Positions 27,843 to 38,088 of a DNA stretch of 64,000 nucleotides are shown here, piece after piece. The DNA lies in IMG/VR virus record IMGVR_UViG_3300015615_001152, positions 321 to 64,320 of that record. One strand, written 5' to 3'. Under the pieces are notes generated by a model. That model was not told the origin of the DNA. It made no database searches and saw only the letters and a program-made list of their open reading frames with translations. A program made the position numbers and the translations under genes. This stretch comes from a virus. Position 1 is the first letter of the stretch. Each line of letters opens with the position of its first letter.

Positions 27843-28979
27843 CTACTGGAACGACGGCAGCGCGGCAGTCGGCGCGCCGCCCGTGAGTTTCTTCGCCTTA
27901 GTCTTGGCGGCCACGGTGCGGGCAGCTTTAACCGCTGCCTCCTCGGGATCACCGCCAGCGCGAATTTCGCGGTTCATGGCGTCCAAGGCATCAAGGTACG
28001 CCGGCTGCGAGTTCTGGTCGAGTCCGGTGAACTGGCTGATGCCGAAGTACTTGTCCAGTGCAGCACGGCCCTGCTTTACGCGGCGGTCTTCTTCCTTGGT
28101 TGCCTTCGTGTCTCCGGCGCCGCCGTCCATGGCGTCCTTCGTGACCGCCCGCCAGGTTTCGCTCAGCCGAGTCTGTGCACCTTGTGCAGCCGCGTTGGCC
28201 GCGCCGGTCTTGCGTTCTTCGAGGCCGCGCTGCGCGATGTTTTGCGACTCGCGATCGGCGCGGCGTTCGTCAGCGGCAATGCCAAGACGGCTCTTCACGC
28301 CTTCCAGCGTGACGTCCCGCTTCAGCTTGTTCTCGCCCTTCTTGTCCTCGAGGCGCAGCGCCTGATCGTCCTTCAGCTGCTGCTTCCAGACGTCCTCGGC
28401 GAACTTCGAGTCCATCAGCTTCATGGCCATCATGCCGATCCCGTCGACGGTCATGTCAGGCTGCTCTGCCACGATCTTGCCGCTCGGATCGACGAACGAC
28501 AGGTCGTACTTGCCATCTGGCTTGCGCGTGACCGCGACCTTGTTTCCGTCCGGGAACAGGTTGTTGTAGGCGTCCTGCAGGCCGGTCGGATCGCCGGTGC
28601 CGAGCAATCGGCGCAGACCGCCATCGACTGCCGTTTTCAGCTGGCCGGTCTTGTACTTGGCGAGCTGATCGCGCGTCGCGAGCATGGTCTCGCCGTCGCC
28701 GAGTTCCTTGGCCTTGGCGATTTTCTTCGTCAGGAAGTCCTCGTCGCCCTTGGCGTCGAGCGTGAGATCGTTGTACGCCTTGGCGCGCTCGCGCGCCGTC
28801 TTTTCCTGCGCGGCGCGGTCGGCCAACTGCGAAAAGCTCAGATCGTTCATGCGGCGACGCTGAATACGATCCTCGCGATCGGCGGCGAGGCGCTCGTCCT
28901 GAATCGCGTTCGCGCGCTTCGTCTCGTCGATGTCCTTCATCGCCAAGCCGATCGTGCCGAGGGTTGCTGCCAGACTCAT
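27843..28979 (-). CDS. Putative DNA ejection (internal virion) protein
   Basis: Helical, charged protein in the ejection-gene position; RBS upstream. Confidence 0.6.
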   Translation of the reverse strand: MSLAATLGTIGLAMKDIDETKRANAIQDERLAADREDRIQRRRMNDLSFSQLADRAAQEKTARERAKAYNDLTLDAKGDEDFLTKKIAKAKELGDGETMLATRDQLAKYKTGQLKTAVDGGLRRLLGTGDPTGLQDAYNNLFPDGNKVAVTRKPDGKYDLSFVDPSGKIVAEQPDMTVDGIGMMAMKLMDSKFAEDVWKQQLKDDQALRLEDKKGENKLKRDVTLEGVKSRLGIAADERRADRESQNIAQRGLEERKTGAANAAAQGAQTRLSETWRAVTKDAMDGGAGDTKATKEEDRRVKQGRAALDKYFGISQFTGLDQNSQPAYLDALDAMNREIRAGGDPEEAAVKAARTVAAKTKAKKLTGGAPTAALPSFQ

Positions 28980-28982
28980 GTG

Positions 28983-29666
28983 CTACTCCCCGGGCCCGCT
29001 GGCGCCCCAGATGCCGCTGCTGTAGTTGGGCTTGTTCCACCAGTCCGACAGCGCGCCCATGTTCTTGTCGCTGAAGATCTTGTCAGCGAGGTAGGTCACG
29101 CCGCCGGCCGTGCGGGCCGCACCCGCCGCGTTCGCCGCGGCCGATGACGCGAGCCCGTGCTGCGCAGCACTCATGGTCCCACTGACCTGCGCCGGGATAT
29201 TGCGGCCCAGTGCGGCGACGCCTAGGCGGCGATTCCAGCCTTCCTGCTCCACGGCTCGGCGCGCAAGATTCGCGGCGCCCGCTTTGTTTGCGGCACCTGC
29301 GACGGCCAAGTCCTGCAGGCCAGATTGAAAGCGGCCGTCGGCCGGGTTGAGTCCCATACTGGCAAAGCGGTTCGTGACTTGCTGCGTAGCCTGGTCGAAC
29401 TCGCGTTGCTGGTCAGCCATGGCCGAATTGGCTGCTGCTTCGCGTCGCTCCGGCGAGTCGTAGTCGCGGGCATCACCGATCAACTGCTGCTCAAGCGGCT
29501 GGTAGTTCTGACGGTAGTAGTCCCACTGCTCGCGGGCAAGCGCGGCTTGCTCCTCGGCGAGGCGCGTCTGCGCATCGGCTGCGTTACTGGCGGCGCGTGA
29601 CTGCGAGCGCGACGCGGCGTAGGCGCCGCCTGCCGTGATAGCTGCCGCAATGATTGGTACCGGCAT
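28983..29666 (-). CDS. Putative DNA ejection/pilot protein
   Basis: Hydrophobic Gly/Ala N-terminus MPVPIIAAAITAGG, Ala/Gln-rich helices; TAATG overlap with the GNAT gene. Confidence 0.65.
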   Translation of the reverse strand: MPVPIIAAAITAGGAYAASRSQSRAASNAADAQTRLAEEQAALAREQWDYYRQNYQPLEQQLIGDARDYDSPERREAAANSAMADQQREFDQATQQVTNRFASMGLNPADGRFQSGLQDLAVAGAANKAGAANLARRAVEQEGWNRRLGVAALGRNIPAQVSGTMSAAQHGLASSAAANAAGAARTAGGVTYLADKIFSDKNMGALSDWWNKPNYSSGIWGASGPGE

Positions 29667-30121
29667 TACCAGAGTTCCTTGTAGTAGCTGGTCTCGAGAT
29701 AGCGCCAACCGAGCCGCTGCATGATGTCGTGAGCGGCCGTGCCGTCCTTGAGCCCTGCACCGCCGCCGAGAATGCAAGCGCCGCGCTCCGTGCCCCACTC
29801 CGAGAATCGGTGCAGCAATCGCACACCGATACCCCGGCCACGCAGCCCCGGCGTCGCCGCCCACATCAGAATCTGCGCGCTCTTCCAGCGCTCCGGTGCG
29901 AGCCACGGCACGTGCATGATCGCGAGCAGCGCGCCGACGACAGTGCCCGCGCTCACGGCGACGAGCGCCAGAAAGTCGGGGTCTTCAATGCGTGTTTTCA
30001 CGAAAGTCTTGCAAGCCTCGATGTCAAACGGGTAGCGGCCAGCCGCCGTCGTTTCCCGCCAGTAGGCGTCACCGAGCGCGGCGATCGCGTCAATGTCGTC
30101 CACGGTGGCTATTCGGATCAC
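29666..30121 (-). CDS. GNAT acetyltransferase
   Basis: MIRIATVDD; PGLRGRGIG acetyl-CoA motif; RLGW. Confidence 0.8.
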   Translation of the reverse strand: MIRIATVDDIDAIAALGDAYWRETTAAGRYPFDIEACKTFVKTRIEDPDFLALVAVSAGTVVGALLAIMHVPWLAPERWKSAQILMWAATPGLRGRGIGVRLLHRFSEWGTERGACILGGGAGLKDGTAAHDIMQRLGWRYLETSYYKELW

Positions 30122-30306
30122 GGCTTCGGGTAGCGTCGCTTCACTTCCAGGACACGATTTAGCATCGTTTCAGCGGCTGGCACTAGTAACGAACCGGCGG
30201 CGCGCCCCTCTGCAAGCTGCTTCCAGATGGCGTCGAGTTGGTCTTCGACAGACGGATAGTCAGCTGCGCGCCGCTCGCCGTAGTCGGTGTTGTGGGCGAT
30301 CTTCAT
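30118..30306 (-). CDS. Small tail-associated protein
   Basis: Y...R...YP...DQLDAIW...VK.RYPKP pattern common next to phage fibre genes; 4-nt overlaps on both sides. Confidence 0.65.
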   Translation of the reverse strand: MKIAHNTDYGERRAADYPSVEDQLDAIWKQLAEGRAAGSLLVPAAETMLNRVLEVKRRYPKP

Positions 30307-30674
30307 GGCTTGATCAAGGTCACGCTGGCCGGCAGATACGCCGGCGCCTCGACGGAAACAACGTACTCACCGGGATGGTTGAACGAGAACTCGGCAACGC
30401 CATCCATCACCGGGCCGTAGGTTCGTCCTTGGCACTGCAACGTGGCGCCGAGCGGCACCGCGAAAATGACCAGCTTCCCGACACGCAGCCGCATCGGTTT
30501 GCGCGCTTCGAACTTGTGGCCGTCGTGCCAGTTTGCGTCGCCGTCGACATGGCCCTCGACCGACTGCTCCCATGCATGAGCGGCCTGCCGCCAACCTTGG
30601 CCAGGCTGGCAGGTGCCGGTACGCAGAATCGCGCCGGTCCGGGTGTCGTAGACCGTGAACTTCTCCGAACTCAT
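30303..30674 (-). CDS. Hypothetical tail-region protein
   Basis: FTVYD..TG.I; coupled to neighbours by ATGA overlaps. Confidence 0.6.
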   Translation of the reverse strand: MSSEKFTVYDTRTGAILRTGTCQPGQGWRQAAHAWEQSVEGHVDGDANWHDGHKFEARKPMRLRVGKLVIFAVPLGATLQCQGRTYGPVMDGVAEFSFNHPGEYVVSVEAPAYLPASVTLIKP

Positions 30675-31900
30675 CGTTTCGCCCCCAGCAGCAGGATGCT
30701 GGCCTTCGTGAATCCCGGGTAACCGGTGATGGACTCTGGAATTGAGACCTGATATTCGACGGTGTGGGAGCCAGCGCCGAGCACTGAGTCCGAAACCAGT
30801 TGCAGGGTGGGCAGCGCTGAGCCGGCGTCCTGCGTTTTCACCGAAATGCCGAAGTCGAAGTACGGCACGCCATCAATCACGATCCGGCCCAGCACCGAGT
30901 GATAGTTCGATCCGGCGACCGCGGACGTGTACCCGTTCGCGATGATCACCGTGTTCGGTGGCACCGATGCAGCGTCGTAGGTGATGCTGGCCGACACGAC
31001 GGTCTGCCAGGTCGGCGACAGCGTCACGGTGCCAGACTGGTTGGCCGAGACCGGCACCGTGACCGCATTGCCGGCGATCTCGATCGTGTTCACCGCTGCG
31101 TTGCCGATCATCGCGTTCACGATGGCGCCGTCGTGTATGAACGTGCGCCGCATGTAGACGCCGGGAAGTACCGTCTTACCGTCAATAACGGTCGGTGTTG
31201 TGAACACAACAAAAGGGATTTCTGCCTGCGCAGCGGCCTGGAAGCTACCGTCTGGATTCGTTGCGCGCGGTACGCCAGGCGCACCGATGGCAAACCGATC
31301 GGCGCGGACGTAAAACTCGCTGATTGCTGCGCCGTTGTTCGCGGTGCTGAAAAGCCCGAAACCAGACACGTGGCCGTTGTTGTCGATCTTGACGTAGTAC
31401 TGCGCCCGTACGCGGCCATCGAGGTCAGCGACCGCCTCGGCGTTCTGGATCACCGTGACACGCTGCTGTCCGATCTGCGCTTGAAGGGTAGTGCTCAGCT
31501 GTGCGAAGCTGGCGAACTGATTGTTCATCGTTCGCCGCACTTCGGCGATCTGCGCGCCCCCGCCGGCGAGCGGCTGCACTGGATCGCCCAGCAGTTGAAA
31601 CGACGGCGATCCCGCGATGGCGTCCTGAATCGACTGGATGTTCGTGCCAAGCAGGGATTCGAGTCGGTTGCGCACGCTACCCGCGTCCGCAGCGCTCGCC
31701 AGCGCTCCTTTACCGTCACCGAGGCGCTCGATCGCGACACCCTGATCGCGCAACATCTTGCGCGTGATGAACTGCTCTTCGCCGTCGCCGGTGAACCCTT
31801 GGCGCACGTTGAGCAGGTCGAGGATGTGCTGCAGGACGGCCTGCGCTTGGGGGTCCGCGACACCAGCGACAGATGGCTGGCCGACCCGCAGGTCAGACAC
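30671..31900 (-). CDS. Tail tip/fibre protein with DUF1983-like (lambda J C-terminal-like) domain
   Basis: AQYYVKID.NG.VSGFGL...SEFYVRADRFAI...FI.DG.I.NA.I. Confidence 0.75.
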   Translation of the reverse strand: MSDLRVGQPSVAGVADPQAQAVLQHILDLLNVRQGFTGDGEEQFITRKMLRDQGVAIERLGDGKGALASAADAGSVRNRLESLLGTNIQSIQDAIAGSPSFQLLGDPVQPLAGGGAQIAEVRRTMNNQFASFAQLSTTLQAQIGQQRVTVIQNAEAVADLDGRVRAQYYVKIDNNGHVSGFGLFSTANNGAAISEFYVRADRFAIGAPGVPRATNPDGSFQAAAQAEIPFVVFTTPTVIDGKTVLPGVYMRRTFIHDGAIVNAMIGNAAVNTIEIAGNAVTVPVSANQSGTVTLSPTWQTVVSASITYDAASVPPNTVIIANGYTSAVAGSNYHSVLGRIVIDGVPYFDFGISVKTQDAGSALPTLQLVSDSVLGAGSHTVEYQVSIPESITGYPGFTKASILLLGAKR

Positions 31901-34085
31901 TGGCGAGCTCCTGTGGGGTTTCCGCCATGCGAATCGAAGTGACGCTGACGCCGTCCACCAAATCCAACGAAATGGTCCAACGCTGCGCCTTGAAACCCGC
32001 GGGGAGCCTCACCATCGTACCGCGGCCGATCGCCGCGACGGTCCCGGTGGCCACGGTACGCGAGTCTGCGGTGATCGTGTATGGAATCGATCCGTCCCCG
32101 CAGATCTCCAGCACCCCCAAGTTCTTCGGCTTTGGCAGCGTGAATTCCTTGCTGGTCCACTTGCCTGCGCGGCCAAGTCCTCCGGCGAACTGGACGATAC
32201 CGGCGCTGCGGCCGATGTACAGGCCGTCGGTCTGCGGGAGCACGAACGCGCAGTTGCCGATCACCCCAAGCCGGATGAACTCGCCGCCCTGCTCGTCCAG
32301 GCGCAGCAGGAAGCCGTCCGTGTTCGGCAGCAAGCCAACGAGATAGCCGTCGTGTGATGTCAGCACCAAGTTTGCGTAGCTCGCGCCGTAGCGCTCCCGC
32401 CACTTCTCGCGCGTGAACAGCCTCTGCCACGGTTCCAGCGTCGCGCCGACACCTTGAACCAGCACGAGCCCGTCTTCGCTGGCGAACCACGCTGTGTTGC
32501 CGTGCGTCGCGATCGCGCGCTTCGATACGATTGAGGCACGGACCGGCAGTTCGGTACGAGCCATGGAGTCGGGCGACATGCCGGTCACCATGTAACCCTG
32601 GGCCGTCGTCACCACCAGCAAACCGAATGCGGTCTGCTTGATCGCCTTGATGTTGTTCGGAAAAGTCATGACGTACTTGAATGGCGTCGTGTGAGGCCGA
32701 AAGGGTTCGGTCCAATAGAGTTCGTTCCCCTTGGCCATGACATAGCTGCCGAACGGCGTAGGCTGCAGCCCGAACACCCCTGCGGGCGGCAAGTTCCACC
32801 CGATGGTTTCCAGCGTTGGCCCGACGGTCGCCAACGCGTTCGCAACTGAGAACGCGGCGATCGTGCCGTTGCTTTGATTGGCCGTCAGGGACAGGTGATA
32901 GGCCGTGTCTTTGCTTCCCGTGATGGTCTCGTAAATGCGAATCTGCGTCGACGCTGCGTAGCCGTTCTGAGCGGGCACGACGACAGAAAAAACGGCGCTT
33001 TGAAGGTAGTCGGTGGTCACGAGCAGCGGATCCGAAGGCTTGCTCTCTTCCCCATACAGGTTGACGCATGTGCAGACGTATGACGCCGTCTTTCGCGAAG
33101 CGCTTTTGCCGATGAGGCCATTGCCACCCCACTCAATGGAGGCCTCGTAGCTGGACGTGTTCTGAACCTGTTTGATGCTGACTTTGGCCGGCTGGTCGTT
33201 GCGGACAAAAGAACTACCCTCGCTGTAGAGCGTGAAGAGCGTCTCCGTACCCTTCTTGCCGGTGATCATCAGCACCGGTACCGAACTCGTCGGTGTCTTG
33301 CCCGATGTGTCGGCGTCGTCCCAGAGGTTCTGCACCGACAGGTACTGATTCGCGGGAGGATTGTCCGGGTTCGTGATTTGCAGGTTGTTAACTAAGACGT
33401 ACTGCGCGGTTATCACGCCCGCGCTCTGAGTCTGGATCTGGGTACCGGAGACGACGGTGACGGCTTCTGGCGACTCGAACAGCACCTCGCCATTGGCGTA
33501 GTAACCGACGGCCGAGATCGTCACGGCCGCGGTCGCCGCGGCGTCGCGCGCTGGCGGCGTGAAGCGATACAAGCGACCAACCTCGGCGCCGACCTGGGTC
33601 AGACCGATGTCAGCTTCCTGGGCGCGAACCGCGCCCGATTCGTAAAAGAACTTCGCCGAGATCGACACCCCGTCTGGCCAACTCGTCGCGTTGGTGATCG
33701 TGGACAAAGCGAACGACGCCGGCGGCTGAACGCCTTGACGCCATGAGCTAGACGGCGGTCCGCCCGTTGGCGCCATGAAAGCGGCCTGCGTGCCATAGAA
33801 GAAATTGCCGTCGGTGTAGTAGACCCGGCTGTAGATGTCGCCGACGATGAGCGATTTCGCGGCATCAACGTCCGTTGGCCATGTGAAAAACGTCAGTCCG
33901 TTCTCGGTGTACAGCGACTGCACGGCCGCCGTGATTGCAGAAATGGGCGAGACATCGGCTAGCGATTTAAGCGCGCCGCTGCGCGTGTCGATATCGCGGG
34001 CGTAGTTCGCCCCGGTGTCCGGCAACAAATGCTTCTCAAGCTTCGGAATCTCGCCGTTGAAAGTGTTGACCGCGATCAACGTCAT
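31893..34085 (-). CDS. Podovirus tail nozzle/stabilisation protein
   Basis: Start MTLIAVNTFNGEIP (TGATG overlap); beta-propeller-like motifs, GEESKPS, W.SKEF. Confidence 0.7.
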   Translation of the reverse strand: MTLIAVNTFNGEIPKLEKHLLPDTGANYARDIDTRSGALKSLADVSPISAITAAVQSLYTENGLTFFTWPTDVDAAKSLIVGDIYSRVYYTDGNFFYGTQAAFMAPTGGPPSSSWRQGVQPPASFALSTITNATSWPDGVSISAKFFYESGAVRAQEADIGLTQVGAEVGRLYRFTPPARDAAATAAVTISAVGYYANGEVLFESPEAVTVVSGTQIQTQSAGVITAQYVLVNNLQITNPDNPPANQYLSVQNLWDDADTSGKTPTSSVPVLMITGKKGTETLFTLYSEGSSFVRNDQPAKVSIKQVQNTSSYEASIEWGGNGLIGKSASRKTASYVCTCVNLYGEESKPSDPLLVTTDYLQSAVFSVVVPAQNGYAASTQIRIYETITGSKDTAYHLSLTANQSNGTIAAFSVANALATVGPTLETIGWNLPPAGVFGLQPTPFGSYVMAKGNELYWTEPFRPHTTPFKYVMTFPNNIKAIKQTAFGLLVVTTAQGYMVTGMSPDSMARTELPVRASIVSKRAIATHGNTAWFASEDGLVLVQGVGATLEPWQRLFTREKWRERYGASYANLVLTSHDGYLVGLLPNTDGFLLRLDEQGGEFIRLGVIGNCAFVLPQTDGLYIGRSAGIVQFAGGLGRAGKWTSKEFTLPKPKNLGVLEICGDGSIPYTITADSRTVATGTVAAIGRGTMVRLPAGFKAQRWTISLDLVDGVSVTSIRMAETPQELASV

Positions 34086-34840
34086 CAGAACAGGCGGCCA
34101 CCCAAGAGGCCCGCGCCTTTCTTCGCGATCACGTCGTAGCGCATGCCGAAGGCGACCCATTGCCCGCCGGGTGCCGCGCTGTCCACGCTGTACAGTGTCG
34201 AAAGAACTGTGTCCGAGCCTGGGGGCACGTATGGCTCGCCTCCACTGTAAATCGTGCGATACGGCGTCGGGCACATACTGATGACTGGATCGGTTTTCTG
34301 GGCATGGAAGTTGATAACGGCGGCATTCCCGGCCTTCGTGTAGTACCGGGGAATCAGTGTTTCTCCGTCGATGGGCGCGTATGGGCTGCCCACCGTGATG
34401 ATCTCCGTCGCGACGGCCCGCTCAACGACCGATGTTGCTTTGCCGAAAATCGCTGCAGTCATGCCGATGAATGCAACATTGGAATCGCCCACACCGAGGA
34501 AGCCGTAAGAGGCAGGATCGCTGGCTCCCCGAATCCGCCAGTAACTGCACGCCTTTAATCGGCGCCCGTTTGAACAGATCCGCTCTACCGAGCCGAAAGG
34601 GGTCCAGCCAGACGGCGAGACCGGCAGACTTCCGATTCCGCTGATTCCGGTCAGCAGGACGAGCGTCACCACGATCAGATCGCCTTCGACCCAGGTAGCG
34701 ACCGATGGGTAATCAACCGTCGTGGGCCAGAGCGACGGATCAGTCAATTCCCAGTCGGCGTACGTCCCGTACAGTTGCGCATCGCCATAGTCGGCATCGC
34801 TGACGTTGTCGCCGTTGTAATACTTGATTTCAACGCTCAT
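34085..34840 (-). CDS. Tail-region structural protein
   Basis: GDL.VV...PSGWT...YW.I beta-sandwich pattern; TGATG overlaps. Confidence 0.6.
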   Translation of the reverse strand: MSVEIKYYNGDNVSDADYGDAQLYGTYADWELTDPSLWPTTVDYPSVATWVEGDLIVVTLVLLTGISGIGSLPVSPSGWTPFGSVERICSNGRRLKACSYWRIRGASDPASYGFLGVGDSNVAFIGMTAAIFGKATSVVERAVATEIITVGSPYAPIDGETLIPRYYTKAGNAAVINFHAQKTDPVISMCPTPYRTIYSGGEPYVPPGSDTVLSTLYSVDSAAPGGQWVAFGMRYDVIAKKGAGLLGGRLF

Positions 34841-35523
34841 CAGATGGATCCCACGGGTGTGGCGCCGCCGTACCAAGCGGAACCGTCATAGACGAAGTCG
34901 TAAATGGTGAGCTTTGCCGCAGTCAGCCGGGGCTGCGGCGTCGCCGCGTCATTCACCCAGTTGCCATCGGGCACCTGCGGCCACGTCGGCACACGATTTC
35001 CGGTGGCGTCCTGGAACAGGAGGAGGCGGTAAGCGCCTGGCCAGACGTTGGTGGTCGGCAGCGACAAGGTCGGCGCCGAGTTATTCAAGGTGATCTTGCA
35101 GAGGCTCTTCGCGTCGAACGGGATCGTCTTCGCGGCGCCCGATGAGCCCAGATCATGCACGGCCTCGAAGCCTGCGCGTTCCGCGTAGCGAACCGACTGG
35201 GGATTCGGGTTATTGAGCGCGTCAGCAGTGACCCGAATTTCGATCGGATCGCCTGCATTGAATGCGCGCGGTGTCGTGCTCTCGTATCCGCGCACTACCG
35301 TGAGGCTGTCCCCGCTTCGCCCGGTGACCTTCACGATCTCGTGGTTTGACTCGCCGGCCGTTCCGTACTGGTACAGCGTCGCTGTGCAGAACTCTTGACT
35401 TCCCGGAGCTGCCGAGATGGTGGGAAACAACGAGCCCTGCCCGGTTTGAACAGTGATGCTGGTTTGAGAGTTCGAGATCGACGACGCCAGCGCCGCCACC
35501 GCATTGTTGGTGAACTTGTTCAT
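34840..35523 (-). CDS. Tail fibre/spike-like protein
   Basis: FTNNA...L...I....T.I.V..G..FP...EIVKVT......LTV.RG; QDATGNR..TWP. Confidence 0.65.
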   Translation of the reverse strand: MNKFTNNAVAALASSISNSQTSITVQTGQGSLFPTISAAPGSQEFCTATLYQYGTAGESNHEIVKVTGRSGDSLTVVRGYESTTPRAFNAGDPIEIRVTADALNNPNPQSVRYAERAGFEAVHDLGSSGAAKTIPFDAKSLCKITLNNSAPTLSLPTTNVWPGAYRLLLFQDATGNRVPTWPQVPDGNWVNDAATPQPRLTAAKLTIYDFVYDGSAWYGGATPVGSI

Positions 35524-35843
35524 TTCTCGCGCACCTTGATCAGGAAGTCATCCTCGTACGTGTAGCCCTGCGCCGTGGTCACCTTGACGGTGCACTTGTA
35601 CTGAGACCCGGTGACACCCTCGCGCAGCTTCATGATCACCACCTGCTCGCCACTGACCACGCCAGTGGCGACGGTCGCCGCGTTGAGGCCAGGCGACACC
35701 GACGCGGCGCCGGTGGCGGCGTCGACGATGGTCAGGTTCGCCGTGCTGATCGTGTCGCCGGACTCGAGGTCGTCCTGCGGCGTGTAGACGTACGGCAGCA
35801 CCTCGGAGGGCTGTTTTTCGTACTTTGCGATGTACTTGCTCAC
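35520..35843 (-). CDS. Fibre adaptor-like virion protein
   Basis: KQPSEVLPY...G..YK.TV.VTT. Confidence 0.6.
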   Translation of the reverse strand: MSKYIAKYEKQPSEVLPYVYTPQDDLESGDTISTANLTIVDAATGAASVSPGLNAATVATGVVSGEQVVIMKLREGVTGSQYKCTVKVTTAQGYTYEDDFLIKVREK

Positions 35844-36172
35844 GTCGATTTCTCCCCGCGCATAACGCGCGTCTGCGCTGGCCGACGGAAACTGCGGTCA
35901 CCGCGTGGGCGGCGCATGAACTCGATGCGCTCGGGGATGCGCAGCGCTTCGCCGCGCAGCGTGGCGGCGATCTCGATGTTCGCAACGCCGCGGAGCGAGC
36001 GCGCACGTGTCAGAACTCCAACTGGCGCAAGCTCGAGCGCGACCGATCCGATCAGTGATACGAGGCGGGCCGACGCGCCGCTGCCGGTCAGCTCGATCGT
36101 TGCCGAGCCGGCCAGGCCGGTGCGCCGGTACGCGCGGCCGTTGTAAACGTATCGATTCAGGGCACCGCGCAT
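35840..36172 (-). CDS. Hypothetical virion protein
   Basis: ATG ORF tightly coupled to its neighbours. Confidence 0.5.
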   Translation of the reverse strand: MRGALNRYVYNGRAYRRTGLAGSATIELTGSGASARLVSLIGSVALELAPVGVLTRARSLRGVANIEIAATLRGEALRIPERIEFMRRPRGDRSFRRPAQTRVMRGEKST

Positions 36173-36173
36173 G

Positions 36174-36608
36174 TCAGATCTGCGTCTTGGCGATGACGGT
36201 CAAGTTCGACGTGTTGACGATCGGGATATCGCCGATCGCAAAAGTCAGGCTTGCGGTGAGGTCGATCGCGGCGATGAAGTTTCCGCCTGACAACGCATCC
36301 CATAGGCCAACATGGGTCGCAATGAATCCGCTGCCGGCCACGGTCGGAAACTGAACCGAAGCGTTGTTGATGACCTTGCGGCCCGCAGCATCGGACTGAA
36401 CGACAGCGGTGCCGGCGAAGAAGTTGGTGACATTGTCCACTCGGACGCGGGCATAGCCCGTGTATGCGACGACGTTCGCGGTACCGTCGGCGCCCGGGTT
36501 CCCGGTGTGCATCGACAGGTAGAGCGCGGCGGGGACGCTGATGCCGGCGCTGCGCCGGATGTAGCACTCCAGAATCTGATTGGCGGCGTAGTTCGACAGG
36601 CCACTCAT
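36174..36608 (-). CDS. Phage structural protein
   Basis: LSNY....IL...LYL.MHT..PG...YARV...N...V.FP...TH.G.WDA.SGGN. Confidence 0.7.
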   Translation of the reverse strand: MSGLSNYAANQILECYIRRSAGISVPAALYLSMHTGNPGADGTANVVAYTGYARVRVDNVTNFFAGTAVVQSDAAGRKVINNASVQFPTVAGSGFIATHVGLWDALSGGNFIAAIDLTASLTFAIGDIPIVNTSNLTVIAKTQI

Positions 36609-36617
36609 GTGGGTCTC

Positions 36618-37259
36618 CTAGATGTATTGCGGCACCGAGCGGCGCGGCGTGTTGGATTGGCTTCTAGCGGCGTCGCTGATCGCCGTGGCGACCTTCGCCA
36701 TGTACGCCGCTTCGTGCGCGCCGACAGCGCCGCGGTCGGACCACGGCTTGTTGAGCATGGCCTTGAGCTCGGCTTTCGCGCGCCCGACGATTCCGTCGCC
36801 GTACTTCCGATAGACCCAGGCCTCGATGCCATCCGCTGTTTCGATCGGCCGAACCGCGACCGTTGCGTAGAGCTTCCCAGCGATCGACGTGTCCGGAATC
36901 GGGTAGACGCTGATGGAATCGTCACCGTTTCCGTAGTAGTACTGTGGCGCCGATCCTGTCTGAGTACGCCACCGCGGCTGCTCTCGCTGCAGCGTGCCGA
37001 TGTCGAGCGGTTTGACCTCGACACCGTCGAAGGTGATCAGCACGACTTGCACGAGCTCGGTCTGACTGGGCAGATCCATGTCGACCGATGCCTCGCCTGC
37101 AACCAGATCGACGGCATCCGAATTCACCCGGTAGACCTGCGAATCCTCGCAGAGCGAGATCGTGGCGCGGCGCAGGTGGTGCTGGATCAGGTCAATCGGA
37201 CACTGCGGCAGGTCCGGCGCGATGTCATCAAGCATCCGGGCCCACGACTTCATGGCCAT
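36618..37259 (-). CDS. Head-tail adaptor/tail tubular A-like protein
   Basis: P..PQCP...I...L......CEDSQVY; G.PQYY...I.VYP.PD. Confidence 0.65.
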   Translation of the reverse strand: MAMKSWARMLDDIAPDLPQCPIDLIQHHLRRATISLCEDSQVYRVNSDAVDLVAGEASVDMDLPSQTELVQVVLITFDGVEVKPLDIGTLQREQPRWRTQTGSAPQYYYGNGDDSISVYPIPDTSIAGKLYATVAVRPIETADGIEAWVYRKYGDGIVGRAKAELKAMLNKPWSDRGAVGAHEAAYMAKVATAISDAARSQSNTPRRSVPQYI

Positions 37260-37260
37260 G

Positions 37261-37602
37261 TCAGCCTCCCAGCGCGAGTGTTTTGGCTAGCGCCAACGCG
37301 GCCTGTGCGCGCCCCGAGTCAACGTGCTGATCCTCGATGAACTCGGCGCGACCGACAACATAGGCCTCAACCGCGATGCGCTCGCGGCCTTCGAACGGCA
37401 TCGGGTCGCCCAAGTTGAGCGAGACCACGGCCGTGCCATAGTTGCCGAAGCGAAGGTCAGGGCGAACGGCATACGTCTCGACGATGCCATCGTTCAACCA
37501 GCCCAGCAGATCGGTGTCCGAATAGCGGACACCGCCCGACAGCGGGATGCGGTCGTTCAGCGTCTTGCGCGCTGAAGCAATCACGTCAGACGCCGTCGTC
37601 AC
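37261..37602 (-). CDS. Head-tail adaptor protein
   Basis: AR.TLND...RYSD.DLL.WLNDG......RPD. Confidence 0.65.
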   Translation of the reverse strand: MTTASDVIASARKTLNDRIPLSGGVRYSDTDLLGWLNDGIVETYAVRPDLRFGNYGTAVVSLNLGDPMPFEGRERIAVEAYVVGRAEFIEDQHVDSGRAQAALALAKTLALGG

Positions 37603-37608
37603 GGTTGG

Positions 37609-38046
37609 CTAGCCCTGCGCGTTCAGGATGGCAACGACGTATTCGTCCTTGCTGGCGTTGGCGGCGAGTTGCAGGCCGAAGCGCTCGACGGCGAGCTTCT
37701 TGAGTGCCGGATATTTCATCGCCTTGAGGCCGGCTTCTTCGAATCTCTTGCCGGTAATTTCCGGGTCGGCAAAATCGTCTTCTGGCCGTTTGCCGACGAT
37801 CGCCGCGATCTTGGCAGCTTCATCATCCGCCGGCGCAAAGGACTCCGTGATCGACAGCAGTCGACGCGCGTGCGTCTCGTCTTTGACCTCCGCCAGGTGG
37901 CGCTCATCGCCCTCCGAGGGCTTGAAGTGGTAGACGACGGGGCCATCCTCGCCATCAAAGGGCACTTCGGTGCCGATGATTCGGACGGGTGTGCCGTCAG
38001 CCAGACGCTGAACAACGTCGCGACGGATGGTGCATTCGATTTTCAT
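37609..38046 (-). CDS. Hypothetical phage protein with C-terminal SAP/HeH-like helices
   Basis: YHFKP....H.AEV....H...LLSI; LK.M....LKKLA......K...V.AIL. Confidence 0.6.
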   Translation of the reverse strand: MKIECTIRRDVVQRLADGTPVRIIGTEVPFDGEDGPVVYHFKPSEGDERHLAEVKDETHARRLLSITESFAPADDEAAKIAAIVGKRPEDDFADPEITGKRFEEAGLKAMKYPALKKLAVERFGLQLAANASKDEYVVAILNAQG

Positions 38047-38058
38047 CTCGGTTCCTTC

Positions 38059-38088
38059 AAAAAATGGCCGCGGCCGGAGCCGCAGCCA
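38059..38088 (-). terminator. Rho-independent terminator after the capsid genes
   Basis: TGGCTGCGGC-TCCG-GCCGCGGCCA followed by TTTTTT. Confidence 0.7.

Noticed and set aside
21599..36608. Diversity-generating retroelement targeting tail genes
   Set aside because: No reverse transcriptase motif and no template/variable repeat pair was noticed in the window; one could lie outside it.
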